Virus record (IMG/VR): IMGVR_UViG_3300042945_003044
Strand: one strand, 5' to 3'
DNA: 64,000 bases
Origin: a virus
Shown here: positions 40,101 through 48,280 of the stretch, one piece after another
How the letters are laid out: each line of letters opens with the position of its first letter
How positions within the stretch are numbered: the stretch's first letter is position 1
The notes under the pieces: model-generated
Told to the model about the DNA's origin: nothing
What the model saw: the letters and a program-made list of their open reading frames with translations, nothing else
Databases searched by the model: none
Position numbers and translations under genes: made by a program

Positions 40101-43100
40101 AAATAGGTCAAGCTATTGCCAAAGCCGCCGGAACAACACCTATTACGGACCAAAAAAGAATTAGTGAAATTTTAACTAAACAGTTACCCAATTTATCTGG
40201 ATTGATGTTTGAGAGCGGATTGGCTGTTGCTGGGGCTCCATATGATCCTAAATCAAAAGCTATTGATTTTAATATGGGATTAGGTAAAAAATTAGCAAAC
40301 CTTTTTGGAGTAGATCCTAAAGCATTAACAGACGCCACAAATGATGCAACAAAAGAACAGGCTAAAAGAAAACTTACAAAAGGACAATTTGATAGAGGTC
40401 GTAGAGATAAGTTAAGGACTAAAAGATTATCTAGAGCTCTTGGTGGTTTTATAGCTATGGCTAAAGGAGGCATGCCTTTAGTAGACGATCTCCCCAACGC
40501 TCCTGGATCTATGTTGCCGATGCCTGGTATGAAACCTGGTTCTCCATTATATGAAATAATACGTAATGGAGGAGGGGCTATTGATTATGATAGGACTTTG
40601 CAAAGAACCACTGGAGATGCAGCATATGCAAGCGCAAAAACTCCAGAACAAAAAGAAGCGGTTTTAACCAAATATTTCAGAGACCCCCAAGCAAGAATCA
40701 AAGATGCTCAAAGTGCTAGATTAACACAATTTGGCAAACAATTACAAGAGCTAGTCAAAAAGGGCGTTATACAGCCGAAAAACTTATCTATAATTAGTAA
40801 ATCTAGTAGAACTCCTGGATTAGCTGAGCATATTAATCAATTATTCGGTATACCTGTTCAAAATATGGTATTTACCAGAGGAGGTAGCAAATTACCCGCT
40901 CTTGAAGCACTAAGAACTAAAGGGCCTAGAATAAATAGAGTAGCTAGGGCTTCTGGCGGAGAAGTCCCCATCATGGCTCAGGAAGGGGAATATGTTATTA
41001 ATAGAAAATCCGCAAAAGCTATAGGATATGGCAATCTTCATACATTAAATAAATATCATAGTGGTGGAATAGTACAAAGATTTGCTAGAGGTTCCGATTC
41101 TCCTCTTAAGATGGCTATGTCAGGGCAGGGTAGGGTTCAAATAGCCAAACAATTGATGGATCAGGGCATGTCTGCTGCCAAAGCATTGGCCGAGGCAACT
41201 AAAGCTATTGAGTCTATGTCTCAGGCGGCTCAACAAACGGCTGCGAGTCTTAAAAAACAATCTCAGAGCGTTGGTTACAGAGGTATGAATGTGTTAGCCG
41301 GTAGAGGAGTGGATATTACTACCGGAGGCGTTCTTGATCAAGCAAAAGAAAAAGAATATAGAGACAATCAAAGAGCTAATAGGGTTGTAAGGAGAGCTTC
41401 TAGAACAAGATTAGCTGTTGATACTAATGCTTATGGTCCTTTGCTGCCTGGCCAAAAGGGTGTTGTTACCAGAACTCCTAGCGCTATAGATAATGCTAGA
41501 AACGAAGCCGTTCAATCGGTATTAGGCAGAGAACGAGCTGGCGGAGCGGGTTCAGTAAAACAAATGATGAGAACTCAATTATCGAATGATAGAAGCTCCC
41601 TCAGAGACAGAGTAGCAGCAAGATTCAAAGACAGATACGATGCCGCGTCCGATCCAGCAGAAAAACAAAAGGTTCAAGATAGAGCTAACAAAGTATTTGC
41701 TAGAGCTAATCAATCATTAACGGCAAATGCTCAACAAAATTATGTACAGCAAATCAATGCTAAGATGCAGATTGCTCAACAAGCCGCTGCTGATGACGCT
41801 GCTGCTAGAATTCGTATTGCTAATTTTGCTAAACAAAGCGCCACTGCGGCACAACAACAGCCAACGCTATTTCAAAAAATTACTCAGGGAATTAGTAAAA
41901 TGGCGACGGCCGCACAAAAGTCTGCTGGTTTTGGCGGCGGATCAGGAGGAGGACTAATACCTTCTGGCAGCAGAGGAGCAAATATGATGGCCCAGGCTAG
42001 AGATGCTAGGGCTCAAGGTTTACGAGGTCAGGCTTTTAGAGATAGCATGGCAGGATCGGCTGGCGGAGGTATAGGTAGTAAAATAGGAAATGCGGCTATG
42101 GGGCTTTCCTTTGCCATACCAATGATCGCAGATCAGTTTACGACAGCAGACCCAAAAACAGCAGAGCAGGCTAAGAACAATGCTATGATATCTGGTAGTA
42201 GCACAGCTATTGGTAGCGCAGCTATGCTTGCCTCTATGGGTCCTGTTGGCATAGCTGCTGGTATAGTAGCCGGAGCAGCAGGATTAGCTAAAGCATTTAC
42301 AGACGCAGAAAATGCAGCAAATGATTTTAATAGAGGTTTAAAGGTAGATAAATTAGAGCAAACGCTTGAGGCAGCAGCCAAGTCCCTAGATAAATTCTCT
42401 AAAGACATAAAGAACAACGTATTTGCTACAGACGCCAAGAAAAATGTAGTAGAAGCCACTAAACAAGCCCAAGCTATCACAGACTCAGACTCACAAACAG
42501 TAAAAAGAGGACTATTTAATTTTTTTGACACTGCCGATAATGGTACGAGCTCAGAGAAACGAGCGGCAGCAGAAAGATCTCAAATATTGGATAAACAAGG
42601 GATAATGGCATATTTGCGTTCTACAGAGATGTTTGGTGGGGAAGACGCTAAATCCAACCGGGCGTTTTCAATGAGTCAAAATATACCAGAACTATCTAGA
42701 GAAAGAGCGAAGAATTTTACCGGAGCGGCTGATGCCTCCAGACAATTTATAACAAGTAAAATCAGATCAGGATCTTCTATTGAAGGTCTCAAATCGGACA
42801 AAGATTTTGCTGGTTTCACTAAAAGCTTAGCTCTTGCAGACGCAGCGCTACAAGAACAAATTCTAACTATACAAAATAATACTTCGTTAGAAGAAAATAA
42901 AAAGAAAGCTCTCATAGATAGTACTATTGCGACAGTAGCAGACGCTAAAGCCAGAGAAATTCAGTCTCAAACTCTAAAAGAGATGGATCTAGAAGCTCTT
43001 AGCAAGTCTACTATTGTTTTACAAAATAGCTTAGAGAGAATGTTTCAAAATATGGAACAGTCTATTATGGCGAATGCTTTTGCGCTAGATAAGCTTACCG

Positions 43101-46100
43101 CTAGTGCAGAGCTCACCACCTCAGCACTATCAGGATCTGCCAGGGTAGGATCTGTAAAGCTAGATAGTATAAACGTATTGCAAAATAGTAGAGCTTATGG
43201 GGCTAATGCGAATGCGGGAGCTGTAGACCAGGCAGCTTCTATGTTCGGCAGCGAAGCTAAGTCAATGAAAGGGATATTACAGGTTTCTGGTAGACTTGAG
43301 GATACGTTATTATCTACAATCAATAGTACTTTAAAAAATAATCCATCCGCAAGTAACGAGGCCGTTGGTATCAAATTAGACCAAGCTATATTTAAAGCTT
43401 TAAACGACTTAGAGCTGCCACCAGACCTATCAACTAAATTATCTGGCGAGGTAAAGAGCGCCGTACAGGATATGAGGAAATCTGGGGATGATAAAATTGA
43501 TTTTAGTCAATTGGTAGAAAAAATTCCACAACTCGGAAACGTTGTAGACAGTGCAAAGAGAGCTCAAGAAACTGCGATACGAGCTCTAGAAAACTGGCAG
43601 AATGCACTAAACGATTATGCCAATACAACTAATCAATTGATAGATCTACAAATTGATAGTAATCAAAAGCTAAGACGAGCTACTGATACCCTGGTTTCTG
43701 GGCAAAATGAGCTTAATAGAGTTTTAGGTAAAACAGTATCATTACAAAGCGTAGTGGCTGACACTAGAGCTGCAACTGCGTCTCAGACCGGAGGCCCAAC
43801 ATCTGCTGTAGATATTAGAAGACAGATACAAGATTTAGAATTGACCAGACAATCTCAACAATCAAGATCCGACGCCGCCGCTCAAAAGGGTTTTTCTGGT
43901 AAAGACGAATTTATGATGATGCAGGGAAGGCTGAGGGAAACAAGTGTTGCGTTAAGAGAGTCATACGATGCGCTTAAAGGCCTTAGCGAAAACACTACTG
44001 TTGCTAGTGCAGCGTTAAATAAAATGTCGGAGATTCAACAGAAGCAACAAGCTGGAGTAGCCATCATTGAGAAATTGGTCACCAGCACCCCAGCAGAAAT
44101 TAATAAATTTAATCAGGCCTTGGCTAGATTAGATAACAATATGAAGGGTCGGGCTAATTTTGGGACCAATGCCGACCAGAGACGCGACAGCCTAGAAGCT
44201 TTTAACATGATCATGCCGTTTCTCGGAGATAAGCAGAGTGGTATGAAGGCCAATGTTCTAGAATCTATGCTTAGAGAATCTGGCATAAACTCTTCGCCAA
44301 TGATGCAGCAAGTGATAGATTCTTTAAGAAATCCAGAAGCCGATCCACAAATGGCAGAAGCTATAGGTATATATAGAGAAGCGCTAGCTGAACAAGCATT
44401 TGCAAATGAACAGTTAGCTGCCTTGAATCAGCTTATTGCGGAGAATAATTCTGACACCGCCGCTGTTAAATTAGCTACAGCTATCGGAGGTGTCTCATTA
44501 AACTTTGAAAGCAGGCAACTGCAAGATATTAATGATAATATTAAAAATTTAATTACTGTTGTTAAAAATAATAGGGAGGATAAGAAGCCAGCAGCAGCTG
44601 AGGCAGAGATGCTCGCAAGAGGAGGTGTTGTATATGCTTCCGCGGGTCAGTTAATTAATTTTGCTCCAAAGGGGACGGATACAGTACCGGCTATGTTGAC
44701 CCCAGGAGAATTTGTTGTCAATAGATCTGCTACTCAAAAAAATCTACCTCTTTTAAAATCTATTAACAATGGATACTCGAATGGTGGAAGAGTACAGTAC
44801 TATAATCAAGGAGGTTTAGTATTTGGCGGAGGTTGGGGATTGGATCAAAAGCAAGATGCGGAAAAGCAGGCCGGGATTCAACAACAAGAGACAGCGACAC
44901 AATATCCAGACATATTATCTCTTAACGCTAATCCATATGACCACATGACAAAGGCCGTCGCTCTGCCGGGGTATTTTTACGCCTCGAATCCGGCACCAGG
45001 AGATATTTCAGATTGGTTCAGTCCTAAAGTTGGACGGAAGCCTTTGGTGAGTATCGGCGCCAATGCGAGTTTAGGAGCATCTTATGATACTATTAGTATG
45101 ACTACAGAGGATGATCGACCTACGATTGAGAAAAGAACTACTTTTACAGGTCCCATAGATGTGGGTTATGTGCCGCAATCAGATTTTTTTGATAATGTAA
45201 TATCTGAGAGAGATATTCAAAGAAAAAAACATATCACAAAAAATCAAATAGAGGACTATAAAAATAAATTAGAAACGCTGTTAAAACTTAAAAGATTTGT
45301 TGTGCAAAGTTCTGATGCCGGTACGTTTATGGGGTCTATTGACACAGGTTCAAAAAAAATAGCCACAAAAGTAGACGCGGATAATAGACCTAAAATAGAG
45401 CCAACTATTGAAGTGGGTAAATATGTCAATAGAGGATTGTCTAGTGTGCCACTAGTAACACTGAGCGGTCTAACAAAAACCACTAACGGTCTTTATGGCC
45501 TATACTCAGTAGCAGATCTAGAAGGAGAAGGGTCTTCTGGTCAAAATACTAATGCTGGAAACCCTTATGGTTTTACAAATAGATCAACAGCCACTACTAT
45601 CATTTCTCCGGACATGAAGGTGGTTGCCGGGTTATCCAATATGAAGCATGATACTGTTGATCCGTCTATAGGCATGGCATTATCTAAATACGTCACTAAT
45701 TATGACGGTATGGCTAAGGCTACTGGTCCGATAATGCAAAACAATATCCAGTCATTATCAAGAGTATTTGATGCTTTGTCTCAAACTAAGATTCCAGAGA
45801 TCGAGGCAGACGGTTCGATTTCTGAACCATTGAAAGAAACCGATTCTTCCTTAAAGAATAAAACATATATTAACAAATTACAACAGCTATTATCTGGTGC
45901 AATATTTTCGGCTCAATTCGATGAGACAGAAATTAAGGGTAAAGACAATGTTAAACCACCAATAACATTATTTAATTTAACGGCCGATAAATGGAATAAT
46001 TTAGCTAATTCTTTTAAAAATTATCAGCCTGCGCCGCCCACCAATAGCTATGCTGAAAACAGTAGTAATTTTATACCTATAAATCCAGCGCAAAAATCAC

Positions 46101-48280
46101 TACCGTGGATAGCTGCTGGATTTAATCATGTAGATGCTATCAATAACCTAAAGGGAGAATATCAAAAAAATAATACATCTAATATAAAAGTTACATCAGG
46201 TTCCGTCGAAGATGAGTTCATGAAATTTAACTACAAAACTATTCAAGGAGGATTTGGCACCAATAAAACATTAGATCAGTCATTAGGAGCCATTAAATAT
46301 GTTGTTGCTGATTTAGATGCCAACAGCAAAGAACAGCCGCTAAACCCATTCAAAGATTTAGACCCTGTTAATTTAATTGGTAGATCGATATATGCGGATA
46401 GTATCGAAACCTTAAAAGGGCGTATTCAACCAATAATTAATGCAGTGACAGGAGGTCTCAATACAGATAATTTGCCGCCAGTGCCTTACGCCACTGTGCA
46501 AAAAATAAATAGCACTGATCTTGGTGCGCTAGATTATTCCGAAGACACAAAAAATAATGCTTATATGCCAAAGACAGCTGTTCTTGGCGGTAACTTTAAT
46601 GCTACTAATTACATTAATGAAATTAAAGGATTATTTAATAAAAAAGAACTAATAGCAGGAGCTGTGGCAGCTGAAACTACTGATAAACGCACTGATGCTG
46701 GTATAAAACAAGCAAATATAGAAAATCCGTTGGGTATAGCTAGGGGCATTATACAGAAAGTACTAGCTCCTATAAGCGGCGTTTTATCGGCATACAATAT
46801 GAAGCTGATGCCCTTAACAAAAGCGACAGACATATTGCCATACGGTAATCTTTTATTTGGTGGGCAAAAGTTTTTTGGACAAGCTGTTATGGAAAAAATG
46901 AAAGGGAGGACTCCGCCAGAGGCGTTGTATAATGTTTGGGGAGCAATAGGAGCTGCCGCACAAACATTTTTAAAACTAGGAGCAGGAGATTCTCAAGGAT
47001 TGTCTTCGATGCTAGGCGTTAGCTTTGACGGTAAACCAGACGCTACAATACCAGACAAAGTTAATCAATACGCAAAGTTTTTAGCTAAGCAAGGAATGAT
47101 GTCCCAGGGTCTGGGGGCAGATATCTTGGATAAAGAAATAAATAAAGACAATCAAAAGGCAATCGAGGGGGCTTTTGGGGATAAAAACCAATCGATTTTT
47201 GAGGCTACTGGACTAGAGAAAACAACTTGGAATAAACAATCTGATAGAACTTCTCCCAAAACCATATTAGATTTGGGTAAAAAGATACTGAATCCATACT
47301 CTATGTTTCCTACGGAAACAAGAAATAATCTCTTTGGTATTTTAGAGAAAGAGCTTGCTAATCAAAAGGTTAACCAGGGCGTTATTGATACTATCAAGAA
47401 GGTTCGATCTTTCTACAATACTTTTTTGGATCCTTTTGTGAATGGTGATGGTCAAGCCGGCAATGATAAATGGAGACGTGGTTTTGATAGCCTATACCCC
47501 GACGCCAATTCTGCTTTACAGCTATTAACGAATGGAGCATTTGGAAAATTACCAGATTATAATATGGCGTTACAGCTCCAAGCAAAGAGAAAAGCCTTAG
47601 CAGAGGAAGTCAAAAAGCCGCAGAAGAAAGCCAGAGGGGGCATAATCTATGCTCAAACAGGCACTCTAGTTGATTATCAGCCCAGAGGCACCGATACCGT
47701 TCCAGCCATGTTGACCCCCGGAGAATTTGTGGTCAATAGAGCGGCCACTCAAAAACATCTACCTGTCTTAAAAGCTATTAATAGTGGCCAATATTCTACT
47801 GGTGGAATGGTTAATTATCTTAATCAAGGGGGTATTATTATACCTCAATATCACTCTAATATCCCAAATGTATCGTCTACAAATAAGACTGTAGGTGTAT
47901 CTAATTTACAGCTGGGCTTGGCCCCATCGGCTGTAAGTGCTTTGGAAAATTTTAATCGCGCTTTTGCTCAAAATGCAGCATTACTAAATATTAATTTAGA
48001 TGATAAGAGTCAAAAGGCTATTGATAATTTTACAATTAGATTACAGAATGTGGCTAATACTATCAGTGGTTTGGCTATTCCAGAAAATATTCAAATTACA
48101 GCACAACATAAAGTAGAGGTTATAATAAATGGCGGAGAGGCACTAAAGGGAATGAGCGAAGGAATGAAAGAATATGTTGTTTCTTCGATCAATACTGCCG
48201 TCAGTAGGCTTAATGTTACTACAGAGAATGCTCTTGGGGAACAATCTAATCAAATACTTAAAGGTAGTTCATCAGTATGA
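37172..48280 (+). CDS. Tape measure protein (TP901-type core) with multiple cargo segments
   Basis: Helical core (LAQAG, ETIATGLRTIFTR, LGGFRQ); hydrophobic Ala/Gly helices; repeated GTDTVPAMLTPGEFVVN motifs; 3702 aa. Confidence 0.92.
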   Translation: MSQSFNLTAQLNLRGPSNVRNIVSDIRRQLGSISADVNLRLDQNASRNVTQLNAALRNLNNTFGTTQTAARNAANAIRDFSQAVGNAGVANLPRQLNNVVTATQRVGATSTTAARQLNVARTEMEEFGRQSALAIRRFAAFSLATGAVFSFTGAINKGIAAFIEFDKEFVKLQQVTGESADGLKRLSNTITSLSVDFGVASGDLIKVSSTLAQAGLSAKDTERALKALALSALAPSFDDMNKTVEGSIALMRQFGIGASDLEKALGSVNSVAARFAVEASDIIAAIQRTGGVFASASNGVSQGTDALNEFIAVFTSIRATTRESAETIATGLRTIFTRVQRGGTIEALKEFGVNLTDAEGKFVGAYKAVELLSRGLNQIDPRDLKFSQIVEELGGFRQIGKVIPLIQQFGTAQEALKVAQTGQGSLAADAATAQLSLANQIAKVREEFTALVRDIGGSDTFQTLAKGALQLASGLIQVADSVKGVLPILGLMMAVRGASVATQYGSGFIGGLRRGNAGGAAAPRRNAYGGYISRYKKGGPVDVPVALMPGEAVVYPEAVKEVGVSKLRKMNYADRKPMAKGGKVGLVPGSGNTDSFYTTLPEGSFVIRKKATEALGGPEGILGSSGYQYGGSVQRFRGGSSSGLKETQRTHIGPKVPLSYREAMAAKKRGTGSLKVVSGKTERQINFEPNISTLINQRLRRKTGKTGVTKKELVEDISKRSPEQLFGDGGVPSVIFKELLASKKLEGLKTALLRGVKSRSVPQTLRSDSELDFILEKNIKPYLSKINTQVGSLWDELMQYQALTNPREVGGRTTLPAVKKVLGKSFGSTFASGGLIQKFARGTSKPLEAMGKADLLKEAERLGVNIPIELRRFLDPRAKGSEQTRAKIIKDLQEKRTITKTSEENIANRAKNRKLAVVGLRGDTSSSTVTTPGLKDKTGRQRLRGVPATLQTGSLPNDLATQVEDIIRSQSESIVAQIGQAIAKAAGTTPITDQKRISEILTKQLPNLSGLMFESGLAVAGAPYDPKSKAIDFNMGLGKKLANLFGVDPKALTDATNDATKEQAKRKLTKGQFDRGRRDKLRTKRLSRALGGFIAMAKGGMPLVDDLPNAPGSMLPMPGMKPGSPLYEIIRNGGGAIDYDRTLQRTTGDAAYASAKTPEQKEAVLTKYFRDPQARIKDAQSARLTQFGKQLQELVKKGVIQPKNLSIISKSSRTPGLAEHINQLFGIPVQNMVFTRGGSKLPALEALRTKGPRINRVARASGGEVPIMAQEGEYVINRKSAKAIGYGNLHTLNKYHSGGIVQRFARGSDSPLKMAMSGQGRVQIAKQLMDQGMSAAKALAEATKAIESMSQAAQQTAASLKKQSQSVGYRGMNVLAGRGVDITTGGVLDQAKEKEYRDNQRANRVVRRASRTRLAVDTNAYGPLLPGQKGVVTRTPSAIDNARNEAVQSVLGRERAGGAGSVKQMMRTQLSNDRSSLRDRVAARFKDRYDAASDPAEKQKVQDRANKVFARANQSLTANAQQNYVQQINAKMQIAQQAAADDAAARIRIANFAKQSATAAQQQPTLFQKITQGISKMATAAQKSAGFGGGSGGGLIPSGSRGANMMAQARDARAQGLRGQAFRDSMAGSAGGGIGSKIGNAAMGLSFAIPMIADQFTTADPKTAEQAKNNAMISGSSTAIGSAAMLASMGPVGIAAGIVAGAAGLAKAFTDAENAANDFNRGLKVDKLEQTLEAAAKSLDKFSKDIKNNVFATDAKKNVVEATKQAQAITDSDSQTVKRGLFNFFDTADNGTSSEKRAAAERSQILDKQGIMAYLRSTEMFGGEDAKSNRAFSMSQNIPELSRERAKNFTGAADASRQFITSKIRSGSSIEGLKSDKDFAGFTKSLALADAALQEQILTIQNNTSLEENKKKALIDSTIATVADAKAREIQSQTLKEMDLEALSKSTIVLQNSLERMFQNMEQSIMANAFALDKLTASAELTTSALSGSARVGSVKLDSINVLQNSRAYGANANAGAVDQAASMFGSEAKSMKGILQVSGRLEDTLLSTINSTLKNNPSASNEAVGIKLDQAIFKALNDLELPPDLSTKLSGEVKSAVQDMRKSGDDKIDFSQLVEKIPQLGNVVDSAKRAQETAIRALENWQNALNDYANTTNQLIDLQIDSNQKLRRATDTLVSGQNELNRVLGKTVSLQSVVADTRAATASQTGGPTSAVDIRRQIQDLELTRQSQQSRSDAAAQKGFSGKDEFMMMQGRLRETSVALRESYDALKGLSENTTVASAALNKMSEIQQKQQAGVAIIEKLVTSTPAEINKFNQALARLDNNMKGRANFGTNADQRRDSLEAFNMIMPFLGDKQSGMKANVLESMLRESGINSSPMMQQVIDSLRNPEADPQMAEAIGIYREALAEQAFANEQLAALNQLIAENNSDTAAVKLATAIGGVSLNFESRQLQDINDNIKNLITVVKNNREDKKPAAAEAEMLARGGVVYASAGQLINFAPKGTDTVPAMLTPGEFVVNRSATQKNLPLLKSINNGYSNGGRVQYYNQGGLVFGGGWGLDQKQDAEKQAGIQQQETATQYPDILSLNANPYDHMTKAVALPGYFYASNPAPGDISDWFSPKVGRKPLVSIGANASLGASYDTISMTTEDDRPTIEKRTTFTGPIDVGYVPQSDFFDNVISERDIQRKKHITKNQIEDYKNKLETLLKLKRFVVQSSDAGTFMGSIDTGSKKIATKVDADNRPKIEPTIEVGKYVNRGLSSVPLVTLSGLTKTTNGLYGLYSVADLEGEGSSGQNTNAGNPYGFTNRSTATTIISPDMKVVAGLSNMKHDTVDPSIGMALSKYVTNYDGMAKATGPIMQNNIQSLSRVFDALSQTKIPEIEADGSISEPLKETDSSLKNKTYINKLQQLLSGAIFSAQFDETEIKGKDNVKPPITLFNLTADKWNNLANSFKNYQPAPPTNSYAENSSNFIPINPAQKSLPWIAAGFNHVDAINNLKGEYQKNNTSNIKVTSGSVEDEFMKFNYKTIQGGFGTNKTLDQSLGAIKYVVADLDANSKEQPLNPFKDLDPVNLIGRSIYADSIETLKGRIQPIINAVTGGLNTDNLPPVPYATVQKINSTDLGALDYSEDTKNNAYMPKTAVLGGNFNATNYINEIKGLFNKKELIAGAVAAETTDKRTDAGIKQANIENPLGIARGIIQKVLAPISGVLSAYNMKLMPLTKATDILPYGNLLFGGQKFFGQAVMEKMKGRTPPEALYNVWGAIGAAAQTFLKLGAGDSQGLSSMLGVSFDGKPDATIPDKVNQYAKFLAKQGMMSQGLGADILDKEINKDNQKAIEGAFGDKNQSIFEATGLEKTTWNKQSDRTSPKTILDLGKKILNPYSMFPTETRNNLFGILEKELANQKVNQGVIDTIKKVRSFYNTFLDPFVNGDGQAGNDKWRRGFDSLYPDANSALQLLTNGAFGKLPDYNMALQLQAKRKALAEEVKKPQKKARGGIIYAQTGTLVDYQPRGTDTVPAMLTPGEFVVNRAATQKHLPVLKAINSGQYSTGGMVNYLNQGGIIIPQYHSNIPNVSSTNKTVGVSNLQLGLAPSAVSALENFNRAFAQNAALLNINLDDKSQKAIDNFTIRLQNVANTISGLAIPENIQITAQHKVEVIINGGEALKGMSEGMKEYVVSSINTAVSRLNVTTENALGEQSNQILKGSSSV

